Positions 13,803 through 27,170 of a stretch of DNA of 64,000 nt are shown here, piece by piece. Every line of letters starts with the position of its first letter. The stretch's first letter is position 1. This DNA is from Selaginella moellendorffii. Its lineage: Eukaryota > Plantae > Lycopodiophyta. A program made the translations under genes and the position numbers. The stretch spans positions 372,001 to 436,000 of the forward strand of contig NW_003314271.1 in assembly GCF_000143415.4 (NCBI RefSeq). Direction: 5' to 3'. The notes beneath the pieces were generated by a model. That model was not told the DNA's origin. It saw nothing but the letters and a program-made list of their open reading frames with translations, and ran no database searches.

Positions 13803-15841
13803 ATGTCGCACATCCAGTGCCCATACTGCAGCGGCCTGGAGGGACGATGCACGCCATCGGGCAGCGGCCGCTTCATCACCGAGTGTAAGGCCTGCGCGCG
13901 CGTCGTCGATGAGCGGCGCGTCCAGATCCACGAGGTTTTCGTCGAGCGCGCCACGGACACGCCGCTGTGCATCGTCACGCCGGATTTCAGCGACAACGAG
14001 CGATTCCGGGTGCCGCCGCTGGACGATGATCCGTTCGAGAGCAGTGGATTCATCACGGCATTTAGCACTTGGTCGCTGGAAGCCACACCGCTCTTCACCA
14101 ACACGACTAGCACGGTGTGTGGCCATCTGGCCGAGCTGGAGAGAGTGATGGCCGAGTACTATCCGAATGGAGGGGCCAACCTCGCGGGAAGCTTGAATCT
14201 GGTGGACATGCTACGAGCGTACTTCCAGATCGTGGAGGTGTCGTCGGTGCTGGGACTGGAGAGGGATAGCTCCGAGCACGCCATCCAGCTCTTCCGGGAT
14301 TGCTCCACCGCGACTTTGCTACGCAATAGGAATATCGAGGCGCTCGCTACAGCCGCGCTGGTGCAAGCTAGTCGTGAGGCGCAAGAGCCAAGAACTTTGC
14401 AGGTTGGAAGAATTTTTATTTTTTTTCGTTTGATTGAATCTGAAAGTTTTTGAGCAGGAGATATCGGTGGCTGCCAACATACCTCAGAAAGAAATTGCTA
14501 GACACATGAAGCTCCTGTCTGATGCTCTTAAGCTAAGCCAGCCGATCAACAGTAATTCTATCTCGGTTCACATGCCCAGGTTTTGTAACTTGCTGCAGCT
14601 CAACAAGACGACTCAGGTAACTCATCGCTGTTGTTCTACTCCCTTGCACTGAGATGCGTAGATTATGCACAGGACCTGGCCTCCCATATAGGAGAAGTTG
14701 TGATAAGCAAAAGCTTTTGCACCAGGAGAAATCCTATAAGCATTTCAGCAGCAGCGATATACTTGGCTTGTCAGCTGGAAGACAAGCGTAAAACTCAGAC
14801 CGAGATTTGTAAAGCCACCGGGCTCACTGAAGTAAGTCTAGGATTTTCGAGCTTTCTCTCTGGAAGTTGCTTGACTTATTCTTTTATCGTCATATTTCAT
14901 TTGCACAGGTTACTCTACGCAAGGTTTACAAGGAACTGCTCGAGAACTTGGACGACCTGATGCCTAAAGACTACACTCCAGCCGTTCCTCCGGAGAAGGC
15001 TTTCCCAGTAACTACAGGGCTCCGGGTTTCCACTATCTCCAAGCCTTCAGTCGAAAGCCAGGGCTCTGGAGTGGGAATCGACTCGAGCTCAGGTGCTACA
15101 GTTTTGGCTGGTGGTGGATTCGCGAGCATGCAATCCTCCGGGGCATCGTTCCGGATGCCATCAACAGCCGCAGCAGCAGCAGCACAAATCCCTCCTCATC
15201 TCCGCTCGTTATCCGCGGCGTCCTCCTTGGCACCCGTGTACGCGAGGCCTCCAGGGAACGTCTTCATGATGCCTCCGACCATGTCGAGCTCGGTGACGCC
15301 TCTGGCCTTTCTCGGCGGCGAAGCAAGCAGGGAAGCAGAGAAACCAAAGACAGGCCTGCGAACTGATAAGTTCGATGTGGATCTCAACGCAGGGTACGTC
15401 TCTCCGTCTACAAGTCCCCGAGAAGCCGAGAATCCTCCTCAGTCCTCGTTTAGCTACGGCACGGCCGCAGCAACGCCGCCACCGTTTTCTGCAACGACGA
15501 CGACCAAGCCCGAGAGACGGCCATCTCTGCACGATCTTAACATGGTTCCAACCATGGACGACGATGAGATTGTGGAGCTGGATATGTTTGAGAGGAAGCC
15601 GCCGGGTCCAGACTTGAATGGCGCTCCTCAAGCTGCTGGAGATCACCACCAGGATTCGAGTGGTAAGTTGGGAGCCATGCCGTTTATGTGGGGAGGACCC
15701 CATGGTTTTCCGGCTGCGGCTCCAAAGAAGCAGGAAGCAGTGGCTGCAGCTCCATGGCTTTTCAACGCGCTAGAAAAATCCTCACAGGAAGTCAAGAGTG
15801 AGGAGAAGATTGCCAAGCGTGATGAGAAGCAAACCTTGTAA
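13803..15841 (+). CDS. PBRP1: Plant-specific TFIIB-related protein pBRP (4 exons)
   Basis: Zn ribbon 'CPYC...GRFITECKAC', 'DTPLCIVT', cyclin folds 'LRNRNIEALATAALVQA', 'TRRNPISISAAAIYLACQLEDKRKTQ', 'TLRKVYKELLEN'. Confidence 0.92.
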
Positions 15842-16932
15842 AAAAGCAAAAGTTACATCAACTAAGCTCAAGAACACTTGCAAATTCTTTGTCTAGTATT
15901 CAGAAATGGATATGCCATGAAAGTTGAATCTGCTATCCTGCTCAAGTTCTCACTTATGCTACTAACCTTATCTTGTTTGATATCCCTCAATCTGCTGCTA
16001 AGTGAGAACTGAGAACTACTGGCAAGCAATATGTGACAAGGTCAGAACTTTCGATTGTTGGGAGAAGCCAGGGCTTCTGACGATCAATGTGCAGAAGCTC
16101 AGCGAAAGCTCGTTTTATTTCTGTTGTATCACGATCTCCTTTGGTTCCTGGTAAGAGAAGAAGCTCTAAGTTTGCAAACATTGACGATGAAATGGAAGGA
16201 ATCGCAGTGATCCCTTGTTTAGGTCCTTAACAGCAAATGGTGGCACCATTTTTTATTTGTAACCGTTGATGAAGGAGTTCCCGAGGGCGAGCACGTTCCC
16301 GCCCAGAACGGGCGAGCCATGGCGAGCGCGTTCTGGAGGGAACGAGCGAGCCCGTGCCCGGGGAACGGCCTTAACGGGCTGTGGCGAGACCATTAACGGA
16401 CACGTGGAATAACGTTATTTGAGGATGAAAGGAATTGTAACTATCCATCGATTTGCTCCTCACACAAGGTGGCGTTCAAGCCAGTGATAGTGTTACTTCT
16501 AATGTAACTTTTTTTGTTTTCCATCAAGCTTCGAAGAAAACAAAAAAACTGTTTATCTGAATCAGCAAAGTTAAAATGCTACAAGCACTCAGTCTATGAT
16601 CTTCCTTCCTAGCTGATGCACTTACACCATCAATTGGTGTAGAAAGTTAGACAAAGGTCCGAATCCACCAGCAACCTCTGCTCAAAATTTATAATCTAGA
16701 TGAAGGGTCTATGGTCAAGTTTGCTATGGAGTCCCCAGAAAAGATTGTCTTTTTGCCTTGATGACGTTAAAGCTGCCTTCTCTGATGCAAATCTGCCACC
16801 GAAGTTCTATCACTCCCAATGGGGATCATCACTTAGTGTTAAGCCACCGGCTTCAAGTTTTGATCCAAGTACCTAGCCATGCCTGCAACAATTTGATCCA
16901 CATCCTGATGCATTCGCATTGAAAGCTGGAAC

Positions 16933-17487
16933 TCAGTGAGGCAGGAGGCTTCTCTTCCTCCTCCCCCACCTCCTCCTGATCACCGAGAGGACGTAGAGCA
17001 AGAAGAGGAAGAGCAGCGCAACCAGCAGCCCGGCAAGGATTGGAAGAAGCAGCGGGGTTGCCGCCACAGCCGTTGCTTGCAAGTTGAGATCATTGGAGGA
17101 AGCCAGCTGAAGATCCACATTGCTGCTGCTGCCGCCACCTTTGCCTTCCAACAAAAAGGTATCACTGCTGCTAATGCCTTCTCACTCGATGAAATCACTC
17201 GCACTGCCGCTACTGCTGCTCACCCCGACATCATACACTAAACTCTGAGAGCTTGATATTGAAGTCTCTTCAGCTTCTTGAAACGATTCAGTGTTTATCA
17301 TCTTGGCCTTCCCACCATCCTCGCCCAAACTTCGAGGGAACCACCGCCACATAAACGGTGGTGGCGATGCTGGTGGTTGTGAAGCGTTGCTGCTGGCCTC
17401 CTTAGCGTCACCAGTGCCGCCAGCCAGTAACTTCTGAGATGGAAATCCTGTGGTTGCATGGGACTTTAGCACCTGTTCAGTGTCCAT
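16933..17487 (-). pseudogene. Interrupted ORF for a Ser-rich single-pass membrane protein, unknown family
   Basis: ORFs 17182..17538 and 16933..17154 share one frame, separated by a TGA. They end in a hydrophobic helix plus basic tail 'LLPILAGLLVALLFLFLLYVLSVIRRRWGRRKR'. Confidence 0.35.
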
Positions 17488-17495
17488 CTCCAAGT

Positions 17496-19616
17496 TTATC
17501 TCAAGAGGGTGGTGGCTTCTTCTTGGATGAGCTTCCACGCAGCGTCTACGTGCTTGTCTTGCGTGAGTGGACCGCCGATGGCCATCCTCAGCGTGTAGAC
17601 GCCCGAGAGCACCTATTCATGCAAGTATAACTTTGAGAAGAGAGCTCGGATTCGCGATAGTTTTGCTGGCTTACCGTGTGAGTGATAAACATTCTTCCGC
17701 TGGAATTGACAGCCTCCAGAAGCGTCAAGTTTAGAGTGCGTCCGTTGTCCGGATCATCGCTTTCTGGCTTTAGCCTGAAGCAAATCAAGCCGAATGTGCG
17801 AGGAACTAGAAGCTGCAAAATGGTGCCAGCGTGTTTGAAGAATAGAACGTGTGCCTTACTTGGAAGCGTGGGTCTTCACGCACGAAGCCTTCGAAGCGCT
17901 TTGCAAGGCGGACATGGTTCCTTATGTAGCTCCGTAATCCAGAAGCGCCATTCATGCGCATGACAAACCACAGCTTCAACGACCTGTTTTACAATGTTTC
18001 CTAAGGATTTGATTTTAAAAGGCAAAAACGGAAGAATAGAACCTGAATCTTCTGCCGAGAGGTATCTGCCAGTCTTTGTAGTCGACAACTTGATTTAAAT
18101 CAGATGCCTGGAACAACAAAGAAAGGAAAAGCAAACTTAAACACGAAAGTGAGAAAGATATGCGCTACCTTGTTACGCAAGTACTCAGGTGTTGTAGAAA
18201 GAGCTGACACCAGATGGCTGGATTCCTATCGAGAAAAGCAAAAGGTATAAAAACTCTTGGAAAATAAATAAACACCACTTTACCTTCACCCAAAGAGCAG
18301 AACAATCGAAGTTTGTAAGCAGCCACTTATGTGCGTTCATGTTAAACGAATCTGCTTTCTCAACTCCATCCAGGTGATGCCGAAACTCTGGGCAGATGCA
18401 CGCAGAGCCAGCGTAGGCAGCGTCAACGTGGAACCACATTCCAAAATCCTGGTAACATTCTTGCAGATTTTTGAGATCGATAGAGATTGAAAAGAAAAGA
18501 GCTATACCTTTGCAATATCTCCTAAAGCAGACAATGGATCCACGGCCGAAGATGATGTAGTTCCCACCTAGGAAAGAACATAACAGGCGTAAGGAGGGAG
18601 ACAAGCTAGTTGCACGAACTCACAGTCCCGCAAAGGAAGAATGGCAAAAGTCCCTGCTTGACGCCATCCTCAAGTGCTTGTCTCATCGCAGCTGGTGATA
18701 CTGCATAGTTTGTTGAGCTATCAGTTGGAACAATCACTAGATTTTCAAGAGGAATCCCAGCAATCTGGACAACAAACACGAAGAGGTTATCACGGATTGA
18801 AAGGACTAGAAGCTTGAAATGGCGTACCGCACATCCTTTTTGCAGACAGGAATGAGTTTGATCTGACGTATACACCGCCAACTTTGAAAGAATCTCCGCT
18901 TCCGCCAAACCTTTTCTCTTGTTTTCTGAAATGGCTCGAGTTCGAGCAGCGAGTAGCACCACAGCAACTGCCTCACTAGCAGTCCCTTGAATCACTCCGC
19001 CGCCATTACCTGCATTGTAAAGTGTAAGATTGATGATCTTATAATCTAAAATTTCCACCATACCTCCAAATAGAAACTCGTCGGGAAGTTTCAACAGCTT
19101 TGCAAGCCAGTCAAGAACAATGGTCTCCAGCTCTGTCGCCGCCGGCGAAGTTATCCAGCTAAATCCAACAATGTTCAATCCAGCGCTTAACATTTCCCCC
19201 AAGAACCCTGCCGTGCTACTGTTGGACGGATAATATCCGAAAAAATTCGGACTTTGCCAGTGTGTGACTCCCGGAATTATCTTGCTCTGAATATCTGAAA
19301 GGAAGGAAGCTCGGCATTTTTATCGCGCGCTTGGAAACAGAACATACCGGCAAAAACGTCCTCCAGCGCTTCGGGATCTTCTGGCGCAGCCGGAGGCAAC
19401 AAAGTTTTCAAGTATCCAGGCTGCGCAATAAATCAAGTGTCAGGCAAAGTAGAAATTGGAGGAAGAAAAGAAGGAAAAACGTACAGAGACTTGACTGCGA
19501 ACGGGAAAGCTCTCGATATCACGGTAGTAATCTGCAATGAAGTCCACCATCTCGTGAGCATGCTTGCGAAATTCTTCCGCGTCTATTGGCTTGGGCCCAA
19601 TGTTCGCTTCCCCCAT
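17496..19616 (-). CDS. Group II PLP-dependent aromatic L-amino acid decarboxylase (canonical copy, AADC1)
   Basis: '[20 protein letters not shown]', 'SPAATELE', 'SDQTH', 'HVDAAYAG', PLP-Lys '[17 protein letters not shown]', catalytic-loop Tyr '[10 protein letters not shown]', '[14 protein letters not shown]'. Stop TAA at 17496-17498. Confidence 0.93.
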
Positions 19617-20984
19617 TTCTCGAGACACGAAGACGGCAAACTGTCACACAGGGTGAGAAGCAAAACGAGACCTGCGAATCCAAGCCGAAAAGAGACACAG
19701 CGAACAACAAGGCCCTAGAAAATCACGACAACGTTAAATCCAAACACACATTATCGATGAACAATCATACCTTTATCCTTACCTGAATGGAACGTTACAT
19801 TGGTTTCATTTAAAAGCTACCAGGTAAAGTTTGGTCTTGCCGACATTTCTTGCAGCTTCTTGTGATGGCTTGCTTCCAGCTGACACTGCAGTTTGCACGG
19901 CTAGGAATTTCAAACCTATTGCGGAAGAGAAAAGAAAAACTTACTCTGCATTCCTTGAGAAGAGGGGCTCGAGAGAGGACGACTTGAAGAAGCGAATTGA
20001 CTTGGCAAGGGACGGACGAATCCTCCAGCTCGATTGGAGCATCAGGCTGCAAGAGAAGATTAGCTACATCTTCTGGAGTTACCTCTTCGTCATCCTCGAG
20101 AACAGGTGCATCATACTCGGGAACACTTGATGCTGGGTCACTGCTGGATCGCGATCACTGCCTCGAGCTGCGAGGGCAGTGCTGGGAAATCCTCCGCTTT
20201 CTTGTCCGCTGTTGCTGCAGGAGTCTGCCCGCACGCCGCGAAACATGTCAAAGAAGAAGAAGAAATGACAGAAACAAGCGAGCTCTACACACCTCAAGGA
20301 GGAGGATCTTCAATCCCCTGCTTGCCTGTGTGCTTGCCTGTGCTGGAGCGCGTCGCAACCAGGAGAACGCCAATGCTAGAGCTTCCATCGCCGAGGCCAG
20401 GGTTACTATGTAAAGTATCGATTTAGAAGATCGTGAGAGATAAGGAATATTATCGTAAAGAGATTTGCTTGGATCTCAAGCAGCTCGCGAATCTGAGGAT
20501 CATCACCGTGTACAATAATCGCAACATAACGGATTTCCATCCCCAGCCACTTCAGAAATGTGAGAAAGAGAAAAATGGGCATTATCAAAGGTTTAAGTAG
20601 TCTTAAGCAAAGGAAGCGAAAACCACGCGATCAAAGTATCGAGAAGAACCTCAAAAAAGAAATCGCTGGATTACCACGAAGATGCATTCGCCATGCCTCG
20701 AATTTTTCCAAAAGTGCCCAAAACAGCGCAACTGATGGTTGTGGAAATACACCATCCTGAGACGACTTTTTAGCTTGACAATTTTCCACTTCCATTCTCT
20801 CTGGGATAGCAAAGGGGAAAAAACCAAAGAGCGATTTTCTCTCCTTCTCTTGTCTAGAACCAAGAAGCACAATACATTCTACCACTCTTCTCTTGCTCTT
20901 GGGCGATATCGATACCTTCAAAACACAGGAATCACGCAATCGCACTCCACTGAGCTGGTACTCCGCGTGACTTGCAGTAGAAGA

Positions 20985-21735
20985 TCAAGGTGGTCAATGA
21001 CATGGGCATGGCTGCAAACACAGCCTTGGCCCCATCAAGATGCCCTTCTTGGGCATTTTCTGCAACTATAGACGTTCATGCCACTACCTCCCTCTCAGGC
21101 ATTTTGACAAAGATCTATTTTGCCTCTCTGTTTGCGATGTTTCCATGGAGGATGATGTTCCAGAGGACCAGATTTTGATCAAAGCCATGATCAAGCATCA
21201 CCTTTGCCTCATCCAGATGCCCGTTTTGGGCATACGCTGCTACCACTGCCGAGAAGCTCACTAGATTCCCGGAATTCGATCGCGCACCGTATTTGCAAAG
21301 GTGACGAGCTCATTTTCCAAGTAGGCCTGAAGCATCACTGTGCACGACACGACGTTCTTCTCGCTCATCTCCTTGAACATTTTCCTCGCAGAGGCAAGAT
21401 CACCCAGTTGGGCATATCCCGTGATTATCGCCATTAAATTCCACGAAACTAGGCTCCTCTCCCGTGCTGCACAAATCCCGACGCCAAAATCGTCCAGGGC
21501 ACCACATTCCTGGCGCTCATCCGATCAAAGCACTCCTTGGAGCGCTCCACTTGGCCGTCGCGATGGAGCAAAGCATTCCAGGAACTGATCGATGGCCTTG
21601 CGATCCCCAGCGGCCATCCAGCCCATTGGGAAGAATCCTGTTGTGCCTGTTTCGCCCCTCCATGCCTGGATCGCTCTGGCGCGCCCGAATCCCCTCGAAT
21701 TCCCACGCTGGAGAAGGCAGTTGATTGCCGCCAGT
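20985..21735 (-). pseudogene. PLS-class PPR pseudogene fragment
   Basis: Broken motifs across frames, with stops and frameshifts: 'CFDRMSARNVVPWTILASGFVQHG', 'IITGYAQLGDLASARKMFKEMSEKNVVS', 'HLDGAKAVFAAMP'. Confidence 0.75.
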
Positions 21736-24700
21736 GAAGTGTGCTATTGAGAGCATATTTTAGGAATAATTTATCATCCTCGCGTGACCAAACTGGCATT
21801 TGAGAGATTGTAATCGATCGAATCGAATGGTTTTTTAATGCACGAAGCATGTCTGGCCATATCCCAATGGATTCGTTCATAGTAAAGCTGGATCTTTATT
21901 TATTTATAAATAGAGATTGTGGACAAGATGGGATATAACTGTTGATATGCTTGTCACCGGGCACAAACTTTGCATGATTGTGTACAGGGGTGATGTTCTT
22001 GTTGTCGATGCTTATACGGAAGTGGTCCCTTCTTGAAGCTAAAGCCAATATAGAAAATGTTAAGACCCACAGTAGATAGACGCGAAGCACCAGAAAATTA
22101 AAAACGCAAAAAAGAAAAGGTACTTAAACATTTCCAGTTTCCTCCAACGAAGAACTGTCAAGGAAAGAAGAACGCATCGAATCAGAACGAGCAAAATTGA
22201 AGAAGAAATCTACTAAAGTAAGATCCATGAGCCTAAATTTCATCCAAAAAGCATGAGATGGATGATGTCGATTTCCCCTGTTAAAGACACTCAAGACTAA
22301 CTAGAACAATGGAAAAGGTAAAGAGAGTTCTGTTATTGTATTTAAGGTTATAAGCTAACCTTTTTCTTCTTTTGAATGCTCTAATGCTTTGGCAGGATTG
22401 GAAGCTTGTGGGACAAACAATCCAAGTCGGTCAGGTTTGGGCTGCTCCTTCTTTGTCCTCTCACTTTAGCTGCTCTTGGGTTTGCCTGGCTTGTCAAAGT
22501 GCAATCTTTTTGCAGCAGGATTGCTCAACACAAAGAGATGTTATGCGTGGCCTCTCCAATGATTTCTCTCTGTGTTAGCTTCTCAGCCGTGACAGAAATG
22601 GCCTTTATCTTTCTCATACATATGCTTTTGTTTTCAAACATGTTTGGGAACAATTGCTATTATGCAACTGTTGGCAATGCAGGCCAAGATTCTTCAACCC
22701 AACCCACCCAAGAAGGTGGCAAACTCTTTCTTGTATCAAGAATCTATTCAAACTCATTGGAAACCTCTCTTAATACTTCTCTCACACTTGGGATAGCTGT
22801 GTTTTTATAGCTGGTCATGATTAACTAGATTCCACTATAAAGCAGGGCTAAGCTTGAAATTCTCTCTAGACACTTTGGAGCTTCTTCCATCACACTTAAA
22901 TATCTATTATCACTGGTAAAGTGATGCAATGGCTGACTTTGGTAAGCTGATTAACCACCACCACATTAATAGCATTGAAACTTGCAAGCTTGAGATAAAA
23001 TTTATTATGATTGATGTAAATTGAGTTTAAGCTATCCGAGTGGCTTAAAAACTTTGGGGATGTTAATATTTCCATTTTGATATATTGGTAAATACTAAAT
23101 TTCTTCACCTAGTGCTTTACCTCCTTCTACAGCCTTATAATAAAATTATTTTTTCACTTTAAATAGTATGTGTTTATTATACTAGTACCTTCAAACTACT
23201 TTATATTTTTAATAAAAAAATATTAACTTTTTAACTTCTCTGTAATCACATTAATTTTTAGTAAAAAATAGTTACAGAATTTTAAATTTTTGCAAAAAAG
23301 TAGTTAATTTTTATAAATAAAATTTTAATCAAATTTAATCACTTTTCTATACCACTAAAATATAAAATTACCAACTTGAATGACATTACATAAAAATCTC
23401 ATTATCTAAGTATTCTTTTTTTCAATTGATTAAGGTTTGTAGAATACGTGGGGTTAAATGTCCTTGAATTTAAACTATTAACCTTTTATGAAATAATGAT
23501 TTAGTACAAAATTAAGAAGTTTTAGAATTGGAATTGCTAGAAATGTCTCTTTAAGAAAATGAGTGTATTTCCTCCCACATGTACCTTAATGGAGTAATGA
23601 CAATAACATAAATTTATCAAAGTAGTTGAATAAGCCTAACAATGCTCTTAGGTATAGTTGTGCATATATAGTTTCAAACTATCAATGAATTCTTAACACA
23701 AGATTTAGTTATTAATAAATCTCAATAGCCCCAAAACACGTGCCAAACACTATACCAGTTTTAAGTCATACCTTTCAACTTGATAATTGCCCTTACTATT
23801 TGATGGATCACATCTTCAAGAGCTTTATAATGGTTTTCCTTTAATGATATCTTTATTTATAGCATGAATGTAAATAAGCATTTAGAAAATGTTTTCCAAC
23901 AGTTGGAAGAGTTCTTACTTATTGCTAAGTTTTCTAAAAGCACATTTATGTTACTGAAAGTTGAATATCAGAGGGTTTTGGACTTCAAAAAACTTACAAC
24001 CAAATCCAAAAGCCTTTAGACCAAAATTTCACCATGACATTTTCAATCCTTGGGGATGTGAAATTTATTTTTCACAATAAGCACATTTATGATATAGTCT
24101 CCATAAACTCTTGTTTATATAGAACCAAGCTTTTATAGCCAAGCAGTTGCATGGAAATGGTATGTACATACTCAAGGTCATGAAATCTCATTTTGGCATC
24201 CTAGAAGTGCTCCAGGTTTAAGGTTGAGGGATTTGTGGAGCATACCCTCAAAAGAGATGTGTGTGGAATCCATAGGATAGGCTGCTTGATGTGTATGAGA
24301 GGGAGTTCCTTGCAAAGTTGTTTTAGGAGGACTGAAGATTATATCAATTGATTTATATTGTGTTGGTTTTACCAATTGCTCTACTCATCCTCTTAAATAA
24401 CATTGCAAAGCAAAACACTTGTTCATGTGAATATTATTACTATAATTATTAGTAACACTAGTACTTGCCTAGAAGCTACACGGTTTGCAAAGGTAAATTT
24501 AATGCTATCACTGACTAATAATTCATCATTTTGCTATACTAATCATTGTGCTATATGATATTTAATATGCATTTGTTCTTCTTTTCTTGCTGGATAACAA
24601 AGGAAAAACTCTTGGTAAAATTTTTTTTTCTTCCACAAAAAGGAAGCATGATATCTATTCCCAATTGGAGCAAATTATCTCAAGCACCCAAGCAATGCTA

Positions 24701-25719
24701 TGTCATCAAACACATGCATTCTTTATTGTAGTGTCTAATATTAATTCTGAAATTAAAGGTTTTTTTGTTTGTAAAGCATAAGTGAAGCATTTGGCAAAGG
24801 GTAATATGGGTGGCAATATCACTTGACCATGCTGACCACACATAGCAATGCTCTCATTTTTAAAATGTGATGCATTAGAAAAAGATGATAAGAAAACAAT
24901 TTTAAATTTTGAAACTTATGAATCTTTGTACATAGTGTGCCTTGCTAGTGTGGTGTGTGAAGGTGGAGATGGTGTAGTGGATATTTCTTAATGTGTATAT
25001 AGTTCATTTTGATATGAAGTAATTTGAAGTGGCTCAAGTTGTTTATTAGAATTATTAGTATTTAAATTCTTATCAAAATGATTGGTATTTCTTATAGTTC
25101 TAAGAAGATGATGAAGGCGAGGCATAATTTGAAAATGTCAAGTACAAAGCTAGAAAACTATAGCTTATGCAAGTTCATGTTTGTAAACAAACTTGAATTT
25201 GTAAAAGAAATATGAAAGTTTAATATATGATGAAGGCTAAAGATATAAACAAACACAAACCTATTGCACACTTGGTTCTATGTGCTCATCTAAAGTTTTC
25301 CAACTACTTGCCAAAAAAGAAAAGGGTGTGCCATGAACTAAGAAGAAAAACTGACTTAATTGTGGGATTTAGGGTTATATGAAGCAAGAGCTCAAAAATT
25401 GTGATGTGCCAAGTACAAATTTGATTTGGCCCTTTTGGGCAATCAGGATTTCCACAGCATTGCAAGGCATTGAGGTTTCTCATTGCCTTAGCCACAGCAG
25501 AGTCAAATCAGTTGCCATAGCTCAAGAATCTCTAGTGCTGCCACAAAGTGATGGTAAGAAATCGCAAAATTGGTTCCTTTGTTCAGGAAATCACTTGAGA
25601 CCCTGGGCAAGGAGATGAACAAGTTGTATGAGCTCATAGCACACTGCAGATCCAAACTCATCCCACTTCCATGCTCGCCATTGGAACTGCCTGCAAAGCA
25701 CATAGTTCAAGGCAACTCT

Positions 25720-26105
25720 TGTCAGGAATCCCCCAATTCTTGCCACATTCCTGACTCTCACCGGATTCCTGACCTGCAGACCACATTCCTGATTCTCGAG
25801 ACACTTCCCTATTCCTGACTCTCGAGACACTTCCCTATTCCTGACTCTCAAGACACTTCCCGATTCCTGAGTCTCGAGCCACATTCCTGATATTGATGTG
25901 GCGCCTCCTCGACCTCAGCTATATTTAGGCCGTCCTCGATCCAAGAGTGGTGGAGCTTCATCAACCTATAGTATATATAGGTTAGCCTTGTTCCATTTCT
26001 CCACAATTTAAATCAACGCCAGTCTAAGGCCTTTTCTTTGTTTCCACTAGCTTTTCTCTTTGTCTTTAACATTTTCCAGTCTTGATCTTGTTGGGGGTCT
26101 TGACA
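25720..26105 (+). repeat. 5' LTR (386 bp) with internal tandem 'cacttccctattcctgactctcgaga' units and TATA box
   Basis: Direct repeat of 27722-28098. TATA-like 'tatagtatatatag' at about 25968. Confidence 0.92.
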
Positions 26106-26202
26106 GTTTGATTCAGATTGTGGTTTTTGCTTTTCTTTTAGCTCATTTTGATTATTTGATTGCCTTTGTCTTTTTCCCCCTTTCTTTTCTTTCTTCTTGC
26201 CA

Positions 26203-27170
26203 ATGGAGTCTCCAAGCCATCCTGATTTCTTTGCCGAAGTCCTTGCAAAAATCCAGTCTGAGAATACCGAGCTGAAGGCAACCCTTCTTCGCATGCAGCA
26301 AGAGCTTGCTTCACTTTCGGCTCAAGGATCCAATAAAGTTCCTGAACCGAAGGTGAGTTTCCCGGCAAAATTTTCAGGCAAGCGTTCGGAGCTTCGTGGA
26401 TTTTTGAACCAAATGGAGCTGATCTTTGCACTTCAACATCGGCGGTACCCCACTCCCAAGTCTCAAATCGGCTTGGGACATTGCTCGAGGGTGCAGCTTT
26501 GTCATGGTTTTCTCCTCTTCTGGAGAAGAGCATGAAAGGGGTCGTGGTTCCGGAGCTGATGGATCTTCAATTGTTCAAAGAGAAGCTCGAAGCATGTTTT
26601 GGCGAGACGGATCGGGTTCGGGCTGCTACCACAAAGATGAGACGTCTCTCTCAGGGGTCTCGTCCTGCCTCGATCTACGCTGCAGAGTTCCAACTCCTTG
26701 CCTTGGACACTCAGTGGGATGAGCGGGCCCTGATTGACCAATTTCGTTTCGGCCTCAACAACGGTGTCAAGGATTTGTTGCTCACCATGGAGGATCCCAA
26801 GGACCTGTCGGATGCCATCAACAAAGCTGTTCGATGTGACAATCGTCTCTTTGAACGTCGTCAGGAAAGTCGCCGTGCCGCTGTTTTTCCGTCCCAGACT
26901 CAGGAATCCCAGCTTGAGTCTTTGGGGCATAGTCCTGAACCTACTGCTCCGGTCCCGATGGATATTTCTGGTACTCCCCGACTCATTAGAGGGAAGTTGA
27001 GTCCTGCTGAGAAGCAACGTCGAATCTCTCATAATCTTTGCCTCTACTGTGCTGATCCTAATCACAAAGCAGCTGTGTGTCCCAAGAAGCCTCCCCGATT
27101 GCTCGAGTTCACTCTGCCTCAAAGTCCACCTCTGTTGCAGTCGGGAAACGACCCTGTCCAAACAGAGTAG
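26203..27170 (+). pseudogene. gag: Gag with one frameshift near 26475
   Basis: 'PEPKVSFPAKFSGKRSELRGFLNQ', 'LEGAALSWF', 'LSQGSRPASIYAAEF', 'FRFGLNNGVKD', 'PVPMDIS', 'CLYCADPNHKAAVCP'. Confidence 0.85.

Noticed and set aside
360-15849. Numerous overlapping antisense and alternate-frame ORFs
   Set aside because: They are shadows of GC-rich exons of the QWRF, BRM, PPR and pBRP genes.
19810-20900. Exon-like fragments on the minus strand
   Set aside because: Multiple stops and no recognisable family, so no gene model can be supported.
22250-25700. AT-rich stretch with short ORFs, possibly a decayed DNA transposon
   Set aside because: No transposase motif, TIR or TSD could be recognised.
25770-25890. 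Short tandem repeats resembling a CRISPR array (also 27770-27885)
   Set aside because: There are no unique spacers. They are internal LTR repeats in a eukaryotic context.
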